From: a virus
Taxonomy: Duplodnaviria; Heunggongvirae; Uroviricota; Caudoviricetes
Strand: one strand, 5' to 3'
Length of the DNA stretch: 64,000 bases
Virus record (IMG/VR): IMGVR_UViG_3300005688_000042
In this document: positions 9,236-18,163 of the stretch, piece after piece
Position numbering within the stretch: position 1 is the stretch's first letter
How the letters are laid out: each line of letters begins with the position of its first letter
Notes under the pieces: generated by a model
What the model was told of the DNA's origin: nothing
Database searches by the model: none
What the model saw: only the letters and a program-made list of their open reading frames with translations
Program-made: the position numbers and the translations under genes

Positions 9236-9911
9236 AATGAAACAATATTATGAATGCCATGTCACAATGCTTGGTAAAGCTTCAGAGCTTAAACCTATCG
9301 TAGAAGAGACTGGTTGGATATTTTCGTGCATCGAAAATGACATCTGTTTAGGTGAAGGTGTGAAGTGTTATGCCACGATGCACTATTCTCATTCTAAACA
9401 TACAACTGCACAAGTTATAGAAAATGTGCATATTATCGCGCAGCATTTGCGATCTCGCATGGTTGATGTTATTCGCGAAAAAGTGGAATTGGTGATTTAT
9501 GACTCAAGATCGGATGCATGTAAAAAAGAGAAAGAGGATTCTAAGCCTAAATCTAATTCTAACAAGATCAAGGATAATGAAAAATTATTAAAAATTTTTA
9601 ATTGGTTCTCTGAGCATGCTCGATATACGGTAGATTGTATGTGTGTATCATATATGGAACTTTGTACAGATAGATCAAAGAAGGACGATTTCGAACTTAC
9701 AAAGAACCATTCATATGACGAATCACTCAGGGTGGAATTTGTAGTAGATGGAGAACGTTATACAATCCCTTATCAAGAATTATTGGATTGTATTATCGAT
9801 GGTGATTATATTGATGGTCTTGATTTAGAGATTGTCAGACACGTCATAGACGATGGCGCTTTTAATCGTCGTAAAGTACCACACAGAGATTCGGAGATTA
9901 GAAAATCATGA
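9236..9911 (+). CDS. hypothetical protein (start trimmed to MKQYYECHV)
   Basis: ORF track 9195..9911; its listed start overlaps the -10 box. Confidence 0.45.
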
Positions 9912-10008
9912 AAATCATGAAAATTATTAAACGTGGCGTAGTGCCAACACCAGATAGTGAAAAGGTTCACAAAGGAACATGCCACAGTTGCTCGTAATAA
10001 GGACATAA

Positions 10009-10185
10009 CATGATCAAAATTATTCTAACAATCGTTGCATTCTTCTGTGTATTCTTCTTCGGTATTGACTATGTAGCCAAGCACGTGTATCATGTAAAGC
10101 TCAGGACAAATCAAAAGTGGACATACGCACTGATTGTAACAGCATTAACAAGTATCACGCTATACCTCTTCGTTACATTATTTTA
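10009..10185 (+). CDS. small hydrophobic membrane protein (58 aa)
   Basis: Hand translation MIKIILTIVAFFCVFFFGIDYV... Confidence 0.3.
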
Positions 10186-10205
10186 ACTAATCAAGGAAAA
10201 GACCA

Positions 10206-11012
10206 ATGAATAAACTTACAAAGTTGTCCCTAGCAATTGCCATCTCAGCTTTCGCTGTCGGCTGTACCCGTATCGAAACTGGTGAAGTAGGCGTCCGTGT
10301 AGGATTTGATAAGCAAGTTAAAACTGATGAGCTTGTACCGGGATCATTCAATCAACATTTGATTGGTGATGTACTTACATTTCCTACGAAAGATGTTCAA
10401 GTAGAAGTTAAAGATATGACTCCGCTCGCATCCGACAATAGCACAGTAAAAGATTTTGACATGGCTGTTATTTACAGTCTAAATATTTCGCAAGTTGCAG
10501 ACATTTATATTGACAAGAATCGTAGCTTCCACGCTGTCAGTGAAGATGGAGACATTCTATTGATGTATAATTATGTTCATCAGGTTGCACGCAATGCAGC
10601 ATACAAATCTGCTCGTAAGTATGAATCACTGAAAATGAGTGATAATCGCGCATCCATTGAACAAGAGATTAAGGAAAGTATGATAGATTCTCTTGCCGCA
10701 GAAGGACTTGCCGAGTCTATTCTAATTCAACAGGTATTAGTGAAGAATATTCTTCCAGCGGACAAGATTATTGAATCTGCTAATGCTTTAGTTGAGGCTA
10801 AGAATCGCTTCTTACAAAAGGAAGTAGAAGTTGACACAGCACGCAAGGAAGCTGAGCGTATTGCAGTTTTGAACGCGAATGCTGGTGCAGTAGGTTATAT
10901 GCAGGCAACTGCCACTGTAACGATTGCAGAGGCTGTACGTGACGGTAAAGTTAATACTATTATCATTCCGATGGACTTCAAAGGGATGCTGCAAGTACCA
11001 GTGTCAAAATAA
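10206..11012 (+). CDS. SPFH/band-7-like lipoprotein
   Basis: Lipobox AVGC; RIETGEVGVRVGFDK resembles the HflK/C SPFH start. Confidence 0.4.
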   Translation: MNKLTKLSLAIAISAFAVGCTRIETGEVGVRVGFDKQVKTDELVPGSFNQHLIGDVLTFPTKDVQVEVKDMTPLASDNSTVKDFDMAVIYSLNISQVADIYIDKNRSFHAVSEDGDILLMYNYVHQVARNAAYKSARKYESLKMSDNRASIEQEIKESMIDSLAAEGLAESILIQQVLVKNILPADKIIESANALVEAKNRFLQKEVEVDTARKEAERIAVLNANAGAVGYMQATATVTIAEAVRDGKVNTIIIPMDFKGMLQVPVSK

Positions 11013-11013
11013 C

Positions 11014-11042
11014 TTGACGCTTGTAGCATAAGATAGTATAGT
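11014..11042 (+). promoter_or_regulatory. sigma70-type promoter TTGACG-N17-TATAGT
   Basis: Read directly. Confidence 0.45.
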
Positions 11043-11076
11043 CTTCACAACTACCACCACTAACAAAGAATACATC

Positions 11077-12186
11077 ATGTCCAATAATAAGTTAAACATC
11101 GCAAAGACCATCAAAGTCGGATTCAATAAGCGCTCTGATACATATACTGGAATGTTGGCGTACATCATCTATTATGATGAGAAGGGTGTGCTCCGCAAGG
11201 AAAAGAGTTGGGACTCTTGGCGCGATCATAAGATTGATGCACAGGAATTTCCGAACGAACCCACTTCTGGTTTTGTTCTAAACAAGAAGGTTGGCGATTA
11301 TCGTAGCGATTGGAATCATCGCATGGCCCACATTCGCGTGTATGATCCGCGTGGGTTTGAATTTGAAATTTCTGTAGAAAATCTTCTTTATATCCTTCAG
11401 GAATGTACTTCCACGAAGGGTAAGGGTCTTGAGGGAGAATTTGTGTATGCGTGGGATGGTACTAATCTAATTCTTCTCCCAACTGAATCAGTTGAATATC
11501 AGTCATCAAAGGTTTTCACAGATCATAAGCTATCAAAGGTTTCAAAGAGTGACATGATCCCCGGATGCGTCTACATGAATAAGGACATGGAAAATGTTCT
11601 TTATCTGGGCAGAGAGGATTACTACGAATTTGAAACTGATTATGGCTTTGATAATGATAAGTACACCGCTTATCAACAAGTGAATAAAGGAAAGAAACAC
11701 GTATTCCTTCATACTGATAAAGATAAGGCAGGAAAGTACTGGATTCAAACAGGATTTACAAAAATTGCATCCAAATTGTCTGATGCAATTTCTTCAGACT
11801 TTGCTGAAGAATATGAGAAATTAAAACAGTCATTCTATGGGTCTCCCGTAACCAAAGTTACATTTGAAGAGGTCGTACCTGAGATTGTAAATCACTACGG
11901 ACATACGAGAGTTATGGGCTATGGTTACTTCTCAAGTAAAGATGGAAAGTATTATGAATTTGACTATAACGGAATTAAAGATGATATCATCAATATTCGT
12001 TGTAGGATTGAATGTATGATTGACGGTTATAAGGTGTTATGTGTACGCCCAACACGAGATAGTTATAATTATTTTTATGATTATCATAAACTGCCAAAAG
12101 ATCAATTCAGTACACAATTAAATAATCTTAAATTATATCAAGCAATTGCCCATAATGAATATGGCAAAATCCACAAAATTCGATAA
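11077..12186 (+). CDS. hypothetical protein (369 aa)
   Basis: ORF track. Confidence 0.5.
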   Translation: MSNNKLNIAKTIKVGFNKRSDTYTGMLAYIIYYDEKGVLRKEKSWDSWRDHKIDAQEFPNEPTSGFVLNKKVGDYRSDWNHRMAHIRVYDPRGFEFEISVENLLYILQECTSTKGKGLEGEFVYAWDGTNLILLPTESVEYQSSKVFTDHKLSKVSKSDMIPGCVYMNKDMENVLYLGREDYYEFETDYGFDNDKYTAYQQVNKGKKHVFLHTDKDKAGKYWIQTGFTKIASKLSDAISSDFAEEYEKLKQSFYGSPVTKVTFEEVVPEIVNHYGHTRVMGYGYFSSKDGKYYEFDYNGIKDDIINIRCRIECMIDGYKVLCVRPTRDSYNYFYDYHKLPKDQFSTQLNNLKLYQAIAHNEYGKIHKIR

Positions 12187-12202
12187 TTAAAAGGAAAATA
12201 AA

Positions 12203-12631
12203 ATGTCAAACAATGATAATAAAATTAAAGCTCTTCTGGAAACCATTGCTTCTAAGAAAGAAGCACTAGGCCAGAAGCCACGAATTAGTTATAAGACTAA
12301 TGGTGTGTTCAAGTATGATAATAATGATTTTTTCAATATCAATACTATCGTGGACCCACAGAAATTGGTTGAAGCTTTGTCGCATCTACTGCTGAAACAG
12401 AATTTCAATGATATTGCGGCAAACATGTTGTCAGTACCACAGAAAGTGTTGCAGTGGAATGGATATACTCTAGACGAATGGTGTGATGATTTCAAAACCC
12501 GTCTAAGCGTAGTATCTTGGGAATCCAAGAAGAAGGAATTGGAAGCCGCTGAACTGAAACTTAAGAAGTTGGTCAGTGAAGACACCAGAACTGCGATGGA
12601 AATTGATGAAATCGCCAGCCTGTTTAAATAA
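12203..12631 (+). CDS. hypothetical protein
   Basis: ORF track; AAGGAAA RBS. Confidence 0.5.
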   Translation: MSNNDNKIKALLETIASKKEALGQKPRISYKTNGVFKYDNNDFFNINTIVDPQKLVEALSHLLLKQNFNDIAANMLSVPQKVLQWNGYTLDEWCDDFKTRLSVVSWESKKKELEAAELKLKKLVSEDTRTAMEIDEIASLFK

Positions 12632-12649
12632 GATCAAGGAAAATCCATA

Positions 12650-13063
12650 ATGAACTTTAGTAGATTTGATTTTTTAGATAATGGCAGTATTTTAGTAATA
12701 GATGAAAACGGCTCTGCCATTGTACACGGGCCTGATAGCTTGTTTAAAAATTGGAATTGTCCCGAAAAGAGCTTTTCTGTAAGAGTAAAGCAACTATATG
12801 ATGCGTATATCACCCTGCGTGATCAAGCACAAAATACTAAATCAGAAACCATTCAAAAACCAAAACAGTTTCTGATATTCGATTACGAAGATGAAAATGT
12901 GGTCGAAGTAAACGTCGGGGAGAATGAAATCCAGAATGTTATTCGGCGTTATGCTGAAGAAGATTGTGAAGGTTTCGAAGAGGACTTCAGACTTGGAGTT
13001 TATGAGTTGAAGGATAATTACCTTATCTCTCAGGTACAAAAAATCAATATAACCAAGCTATAA
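12650..13063 (+). CDS. hypothetical protein
   Basis: ORF track; AAGGAAAA RBS. Confidence 0.5.
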   Translation: MNFSRFDFLDNGSILVIDENGSAIVHGPDSLFKNWNCPEKSFSVRVKQLYDAYITLRDQAQNTKSETIQKPKQFLIFDYEDENVVEVNVGENEIQNVIRRYAEEDCEGFEEDFRLGVYELKDNYLISQVQKINITKL

Positions 13064-13066
13064 ATC

Positions 13067-13270
13067 ATGAACTTAACCGATCTCAAAGAGAAGAAGCAGA
13101 GAGAAGTCCTCAAGCTAATAGGCGAGAAATTTATGGAAGTTTCTAGAGATGGGTCGGAGGTTGACATTGATATCATTTTAGGATATCTTCAGGATAACTT
13201 CCTTGACCCATTAGGAAATGATGATTTCTTCGGTACTGAAGGATGGGAACACTGGTTAGGATTAGATTGA
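13067..13270 (+). CDS. hypothetical protein
   Basis: ORF track. Confidence 0.4.
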   Translation: MNLTDLKEKKQREVLKLIGEKFMEVSRDGSEVDIDIILGYLQDNFLDPLGNDDFFGTEGWEHWLGLD

Positions 13271-13271
13271 A

Positions 13272-13622
13272 ATGAAACTATTCATTCCGCCATTAGGCAC
13301 AGTATTAAAATTAACGTCAGAATGGGCATTTAATTATTATGACGAATATCGAAACACAGGGTTGAGAGAGTATCTAGGTCTTCCAAGACCTAGCTACTAT
13401 GAACCAAATAAACTTACACGATGTGAGTTACCCATAGATGCTTTATTAAAGATTGATAGAATTTATATCAAAAAGGGTTCACCAGCATATGATAGCATTA
13501 CTTTTTTGTGGTTGAAGGAATCGATACCAGTAATTAATAAGAAAAAGATTACAAAGAGCATCAGGTTCTGGGTAAAATTAATTGATGCTAATGAAATAGA
13601 GTATAAAATTCATGAAGAATAA
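13272..13622 (+). CDS. hypothetical protein
   Basis: ORF track. Confidence 0.45.
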   Translation: MKLFIPPLGTVLKLTSEWAFNYYDEYRNTGLREYLGLPRPSYYEPNKLTRCELPIDALLKIDRIYIKKGSPAYDSITFLWLKESIPVINKKKITKSIRFWVKLIDANEIEYKIHEE

Positions 13623-13845
13623 TGTAGAATTATTGATCAATGAATCGGATTTCAAACCATATTACAAAGTGGAATTGTATGTCTCTGTTGAATATTTGCA
13701 GGACATGCAGTATTCTGAAATCAGGAATAATATTCCAGCTATAATTGGTAACACGGTTTTAGGTGAAATTCAACTGTTTAAAGAAAAACTTCAACAAGAT
13801 ATGAAAGATAAAATGATTCGGGATTTAAAGCCTTTTAGATCATAA
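13612..13845 (+). CDS. hypothetical protein
   Basis: ORF track. Confidence 0.4.
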   Translation: MKNNVELLINESDFKPYYKVELYVSVEYLQDMQYSEIRNNIPAIIGNTVLGEIQLFKEKLQQDMKDKMIRDLKPFRS

Positions 13846-13873
13846 ATAGTTATAAGTTCATTAGGAGAATACC

Positions 13874-14209
13874 ATGAACAAATTTTTAGTAATCTTTGCG
13901 TTGGTAGCATCATTGTTCGCTGGCACCGTTAAGGCGGATAGTGATGTAAGATTGATTTATGATAATGGGAACTTTGTGGTAGCAGTAGATCGCTATAGCA
14001 ACCATGGCTATTATAACGGTTATTACAGACCACCATATAATTATTATCGAAGTTATCCATATTATGGGCAACGATATTATAGGCCATATGGTTATTACAA
14101 TTATCCTCGTAATTATAGATATCGCTACGAATATCAATACAACTATAGATTTGACAATCATCGAAATTACAGGCATGATAGGCGCCATAGAGATCGTTGG
14201 GGCCGTTAA
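13874..14209 (+). CDS. secreted Tyr/Arg/Asn-rich low-complexity protein
   Basis: Signal peptide MNKFLVIFALVASLFAGTVKA, then YY..Y.RP.YNYYR repeats; AGGAGAA RBS. Confidence 0.5.
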   Translation: MNKFLVIFALVASLFAGTVKADSDVRLIYDNGNFVVAVDRYSNHGYYNGYYRPPYNYYRSYPYYGQRYYRPYGYYNYPRNYRYRYEYQYNYRFDNHRNYRHDRRHRDRWGR

Positions 14210-14381
14210 TTGAAAGAGTTATTTTACATACTTAGATATGGTGAAGTGACTTGCGGATATTGTAGTAGAAACAAATTACCGAACAAAAAATTATTTGGTT
14301 ACTATTCGACGTACTATGACGGTCATCATAAGGTTTTACACTTGTGGAGATTTTACTTAGCCATTTATTACTAGGAATAAT

Positions 14382-14609
14382 ATGAACACCAATAGCTTCC
14401 ATTTATATGATCCACAAGTACATGAGTCTGTCACGAAAGAAAGTAGGCGAGTTATGGTTGATGCCATGATGTCGATCAATGAAATACTTGCTGGTGGTTG
14501 CAAACCCGGTCAAATGGTCGTATTATACTCAAAAGGTAATTCTGGAAAGTCTCTTTTAAGAGAACTTATACAAAAACAACTCTCAAATGAGAATGATGAT
14601 GGACAATAA
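14382..14609 (+). CDS. hypothetical protein
   Basis: ORF track. Confidence 0.4.
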   Translation: MNTNSFHLYDPQVHESVTKESRRVMVDAMMSINEILAGGCKPGQMVVLYSKGNSGKSLLRELIQKQLSNENDDGQ

Positions 14610-14793
14610 TTTACTCACTGGTGGATTGCTTGGTGCACTTGTCTTAAAACAAGCTTATGATGAAAGTATTAAGCGTGATAATGAACATCATATCGAATTG
14701 CTTCGTGCTATCGCAGAAGCTAATAAGCCAGAACCCACTCCAGTTGTGGTAGAACCCTATGAAGCTCCTAAGCGTGTTTGGCCATTTGTATGA
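14587..14793 (+). CDS. hypothetical protein
   Basis: ORF track. Confidence 0.35.
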   Translation: MRMMMDNNLLTGGLLGALVLKQAYDESIKRDNEHHIELLRAIAEANKPEPTPVVVEPYEAPKRVWPFV

Positions 14794-15053
14794 GAGTTTA
14801 TAAAAACGACACAATTAAGTTCATGTCTGAAAATTGTGAAGATTCGGACACTATTAAAGAGCATAAAGAAAGGCTACAAGCCGCTTGTAATGAAGCTTAT
14901 CAAGTCATTGGTCTAATGTTATTAGAAGGTCATGAACATCCAAGATATACGGACAAAGATGTCAGAAGAATGCTTGACAATCTTCTCGCAGCAGTGAATA
15001 ATAGACCACTACCACATTCGGACTTACTACCATGGCCAAAACCACAATCTTAA
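14778..15053 (+). CDS. hypothetical protein
   Basis: ORF track. Confidence 0.4.
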   Translation: MAICMRVYKNDTIKFMSENCEDSDTIKEHKERLQAACNEAYQVIGLMLLEGHEHPRYTDKDVRRMLDNLLAAVNNRPLPHSDLLPWPKPQS

Positions 15054-15241
15054 TAGTTTTAATTTTATCACTTGCTGGATGTAACGATGCAATCCCACAA
15101 TGGGTTGCTGACAGTGCCGCAATTCATTGTGGCGGGGCAGATAAGATACAGCAAATGTTTTATGATGCATCTACTAGTTCCGGCTCAGTAAATTGTAAAA
15201 ATGGTATATTCTACTCAATTCAGTTACAAGAGGATAAGTAA
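15032..15241 (+). CDS. small lipoprotein (LAGC), paralogue of the next gene
   Basis: Lipobox LAGC; shares a Cys-containing motif (HCGGADKIQQ / ICGGQDKIQE) with 15242..15457. Confidence 0.45.
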   Translation: MAKTTILIVLILSLAGCNDAIPQWVADSAAIHCGGADKIQQMFYDASTSSGSVNCKNGIFYSIQLQEDK

Positions 15242-15457
15242 ATGCGCACAATAATGTTAATTATGATTGTATTTCTACTTTCTGCCTGTAGCGATACTGT
15301 ACCGGGTTGGACAGTAAATCTTGCTGTAGATATTTGTGGTGGTCAGGATAAAATCCAAGAAATAATTCATTCCGCAAACGGTTTGATGGTGGTGACATGT
15401 ATAAATGGGAATAGCACACAATTTAATTTACAGCGTTCAGCAGAACGTTCAAATTAA
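15242..15457 (+). CDS. small lipoprotein (LSAC), tandem paralogue
   Basis: Lipobox LSAC; similar to the previous ORF. Confidence 0.45.
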   Translation: MRTIMLIMIVFLLSACSDTVPGWTVNLAVDICGGQDKIQEIIHSANGLMVVTCINGNSTQFNLQRSAERSN

Positions 15458-15474
15458 GTCATTGGAGTATTAAA

Positions 15475-15627
15475 ATGAATATCGATGAATTTCAAAAAGT
15501 AAAAAATGCGTGGATTGAAGAGCTAGCCCAAGCTATGGTTGCTACCATGGATGAGATGAAAATTTCTCCAAAAGAGCTTGAATGGTTCAATCCGTTACTG
15601 TATAGTGCACCAACAGAAGAAGACTAA
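15475..15627 (+). CDS. small hypothetical protein (50 aa)
   Basis: Hand translation MNIDEFQKVKNAWIEELAQ... Confidence 0.3.
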   Translation: MNIDEFQKVKNAWIEELAQAMVATMDEMKISPKELEWFNPLLYSAPTEED

Positions 15628-15628
15628 T

Positions 15629-15901
15629 ATGTGGACCGAATTTTATGATATGTGTAGTGGCGGCTCAAGAAAGATTAAAGATTATGGTGTCATATACATT
15701 GAACTGCCATATGATGAGGCTGTCGAATATTTCATAGAAAAGTTTGAAAGATATCCACACAATATTACTTGTGATTGTTGTGGTGAAGATTTTTCGGTAT
15801 CTTCTGAAGAATTGCTGGAAGATTTTGGTATCCCGTACAGGAAGAATATTCTAGTGATTAAACAAGAACGATTGTCATTATTTGATTATGGATCTATTTG
15901 A
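15629..15901 (+). CDS. hypothetical Cys-containing protein (start trimmed to MWTEFYD)
   Basis: ORF track 15578..15901; the ATG at 15629 follows the previous stop. Confidence 0.4.
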   Translation: MWTEFYDMCSGGSRKIKDYGVIYIELPYDEAVEYFIEKFERYPHNITCDCCGEDFSVSSEELLEDFGIPYRKNILVIKQERLSLFDYGSI

Positions 15902-15910
15902 GAGAATATT

Positions 15911-16201
15911 ATGAATGACCAAGTAAAAATCAAACAATTTCTTGAGTTGTTTGAAAAACGAACCAAAACTTCAGATAGCTATGCTTCTAGAGCTTTGTAT
16001 AAATTGCTTAAAGAATACGAATCAGATTTACCAGATATTGACGGTTACTTTCATAAAGCGTTCCGGCAGACAGATGTTACTGATAGTGCTAATATTGATA
16101 TGGCAATTTGGTTATTAATAAATGAATCAGATGATTTCTGGTATTGTTATGGTGTTGTCAATAAAGATGAAGAAGAATTACAAGAAACTGATAAGGGTTA
16201 A
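15911..16201 (+). CDS. hypothetical protein
   Basis: ORF track. Confidence 0.45.
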   Translation: MNDQVKIKQFLELFEKRTKTSDSYASRALYKLLKEYESDLPDIDGYFHKAFRQTDVTDSANIDMAIWLLINESDDFWYCYGVVNKDEEELQETDKG

Positions 16202-16204
16202 ATA

Positions 16205-16516
16205 ATGAATCGTGGGCGCAGAAAAAATATTACAACAATTACTGTATCTGGTCCAGCAGGCACTGGTAAATCTATAGTCCTGTCAGAGATTCGAAAAATG
16301 TTGAAGGAAAAATTCAATATTGACGTATTACCAAATAAACATTTGGACGTTGAAGCTGAACAACTAAAAGATAAAGATTTAAAAAAATATCGGTTGAGAG
16401 GTAAGTGGGATTTGCAGGAAGAACATACACGAAGCACTCCTGACACAAACGATGCTGGTGAAAAGCTAAAAATGGGCATCTATCAGATAGAAAGTACTGG
16501 AAAAAGTTTCTTTTAA
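16205..16516 (+). CDS. small P-loop NTPase (Walker A GPAGTGKS)
   Basis: TVSGPAGTGKSIV. Confidence 0.45.
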   Translation: MNRGRRKNITTITVSGPAGTGKSIVLSEIRKMLKEKFNIDVLPNKHLDVEAEQLKDKDLKKYRLRGKWDLQEEHTRSTPDTNDAGEKLKMGIYQIESTGKSFF

Positions 16517-16534
16517 TAAAAGGATAATAAGTTT

Positions 16535-16814
16535 ATGAGTATGTCAATGCATGTTGTAGGATTAGTGCCAGTAGATGATAAATGGCGAGTGATGAAGGCT
16601 GTTTGGGACTCTTGTAAGAAATTAAACATCAAACCACCAATTGAGGTTGTTAATTTTTTTTGATGGGGAATATCCCGAAGAAGAAGAAGAGTGTATTGCC
16701 ACATCATTAAATTATGTTAGAAAATATAATGCCGATGTGTGTGAGGGATTAGAAGTAGATTTAAAACATGTATCAAAAGATGTGACAACAATTAGGTTTT
16801 ATTGTTTATGGTGA
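16535..16814 (+). pseudogene. small gene interrupted at a T8 homopolymer (16654-16661); T7 would fuse MSMSMHVVGL...IEVVNFF to DGEYPEEEEECIATSL...FYCLW
   Basis: Hand translation of both frames; frame 1 stops at TGA 16661-16663, frame 2 runs 16662-16814. Confidence 0.4.
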
Positions 16815-16823
16815 AACCAGTAG

Positions 16824-16852
16824 TTGACAGCAACACTAAATAGATGTAAGAT
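16824..16852 (+). promoter_or_regulatory. sigma70-type promoter TTGACA-gcaacACTAAATAgatg-TAAGAT (tRNA promoter family)
   Basis: 17-nt spacer; spacer carries ACTAAATA. Confidence 0.55.
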
Positions 16853-16863
16853 ACACAAATCAC

Positions 16864-16936
16864 GGGTATGCACTTTCGATGGACGATGGAATGAATACGA
16901 ATCATTCGGCTGTGGGTTCGACTCCTATCATGCCCG
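16864..16936 (+). tRNA. tRNA-Arg (anticodon ACG)
   Basis: Acceptor GGGTATG/CATGCCC, anticodon stem AATGA/TCATT with loop atACGaa; D-arm weak. Confidence 0.5.
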
Positions 16937-17088
16937 CAAAAAATTAAGAAATAGATTTAAGATGACTCAGATCGTATGTGACCTACGGTGGAATTCCCGG
17001 TTGGATGATCTATCGAACACTCATGTTAAATCTAGGGCAGTAAATGATTTAAGTACACGATTATTTACTGTCCATTAACAAAATATGT

Positions 17089-17162
17089 AGCGGTATAGCA
17101 TAATGGTAATGCATCTGACTTTGACTCAGACTATGGTGGTCCGATTCCATCTACCGCTGCCA
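17089..17162 (+). tRNA. tRNA-Gln (anticodon UUG), CCA encoded
   Basis: Acceptor AGCGGTA/TACCGCT, D-stem GCAT/ATGC, anticodon stem TCTGA/TCAGA with loop cuUUGac. Confidence 0.6.
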
Positions 17163-17880
17163 AATTATTAGATTTTTGAAATGATTTTTCTAAAATTTCT
17201 GGCATATATTTCTTCATCCATCTATTGATTTTCTGAGGTTTCTTACCAAGTAATGTGGCTAATTTTGTCACCCATCCATATTTTGTAAAATCAATATCAC
17301 AGTTTTTAATTATTTCCATATCATCTTTTATTTTTGTTGTTAGTTCTCCCGTCCTATAATTGTATATTTCTTTTCGGATTATTTCGGGTTTTATCTTTTT
17401 AGGTCTTTCTGGTTTTATCTTAACTGATCTCTTTTTGACATTTGCTCCGCAGAAGTTACTAGTCTGTGCGTGACAATTCCTACATAATAATCTTATATTT
17501 TCTAGTCGATGGTCTGTTGGATCTCCATTTATATGATCTAAATCCAATGGTATTGGTTTATCGTTCCATTCAGTTAATGAACATATAGAGCATTGATGAG
17601 AGAATATATTCTCTTTAATTAATCGCACTCTTAGTTTAGATGTTGTGTATGATGGATATTTCCCATCCAATATATCTTTTAGATTTATTTTAATGTTATT
17701 TTTCCCTATTTTATTATTTGTAAACTTATCTATATTTAAATCATATAACTTTATATAATAATTTAATGACTTATAAGAGTAATTGCTAGTAGTGTGTAAA
17801 CCTAGAAAATTAAAACACTCGGCTTTTGATGTACTGGCATTGATCGCCTCTTGTAAATCTTCTTTTGATATATAATTCAT
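17131..17880 (-). CDS. HNH homing endonuclease
   Basis: HNH motif DLDHINGDPTDHRLENIRLLCRNCH; late promoter and RBS upstream; last 32 nt overlap the tRNA-Gln 3' end on the opposite strand. Confidence 0.7.
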   Translation of the reverse strand: MNYISKEDLQEAINASTSKAECFNFLGLHTTSNYSYKSLNYYIKLYDLNIDKFTNNKIGKNNIKINLKDILDGKYPSYTTSKLRVRLIKENIFSHQCSICSLTEWNDKPIPLDLDHINGDPTDHRLENIRLLCRNCHAQTSNFCGANVKKRSVKIKPERPKKIKPEIIRKEIYNYRTGELTTKIKDDMEIIKNCDIDFTKYGWVTKLATLLGKKPQKINRWMKKYMPEILEKSFQKSNNLAAVDGIGPP

Positions 17881-17906
17881 TTTGAACCTTCTTATGTTGT
17901 TAATTG

Positions 17907-17914
17907 TATTTATA
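17907..17914 (-). promoter_or_regulatory. T4-type late promoter (TATAAATAC on the minus strand) for the HNH gene
   Basis: Plus strand reads gtatttatac; AAGAAGG RBS then ATG. Confidence 0.5.
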
Positions 17915-17955
17915 CAGATGGTTCGAATTTGTTATTTTCTAGGCAAAAACAACAG

Positions 17956-17984
17956 TTGACAAACATACTAAATAGGTGTAGTAT
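17956..17984 (+). promoter_or_regulatory. sigma70-type promoter TTGACA-aacatACTAAATAggtg-TAGTAT
   Basis: Same family as 16824. Confidence 0.55.
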
Positions 17985-17995
17985 GTATGAACAAT

Positions 17996-18071
17996 GCAAC
18001 TGTAGCTCAACTGGTAGAGCACTGGCGTGAAATGTCAGGTGTTGGAGGTTCGAAGCCTCTCGGTTGCACCA
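17996..18071 (+). tRNA. tRNA-Phe (anticodon GAA), CCA encoded
   Basis: Acceptor GCAACTG/CGGTTGC, D-stem GCTC/GAGC, anticodon loop guGAAau, T-loop TTCGAAG. Confidence 0.7.
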
Positions 18072-18086
18072 AAATTAAAGAATTAG

Positions 18087-18163
18087 GCGGGTGTGGTATA
18101 GTGGCTGTGCCCTGCGCTTCCAACGCAGAGTTTAGGTGGGTTCGATTCCCATCGCCCGCTCCA
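18087..18163 (+). tRNA. tRNA-Gly (anticodon UCC), CCA encoded
   Basis: Acceptor GCGGGTG/CGCCCGC, anticodon stem CTGCG/CGCAG with loop cuUCCaa, T-loop TTCGATT; followed by a T6 run. Confidence 0.7.

Noticed and set aside
13910-14213. ORFs 13910..14188(-) and 14004..14213(+)
   Set aside because: Ile/Val-rich low-complexity artefacts of the Tyr-codon-rich repeats of 13874..14209.
16960-17080. Additional tRNA between tRNA-Arg and tRNA-Gln
   Set aside because: Only a 10-bp hairpin (GGCAGTAAAT/ATTTACTGTCC) without a cloverleaf; more likely a processing or terminator hairpin.
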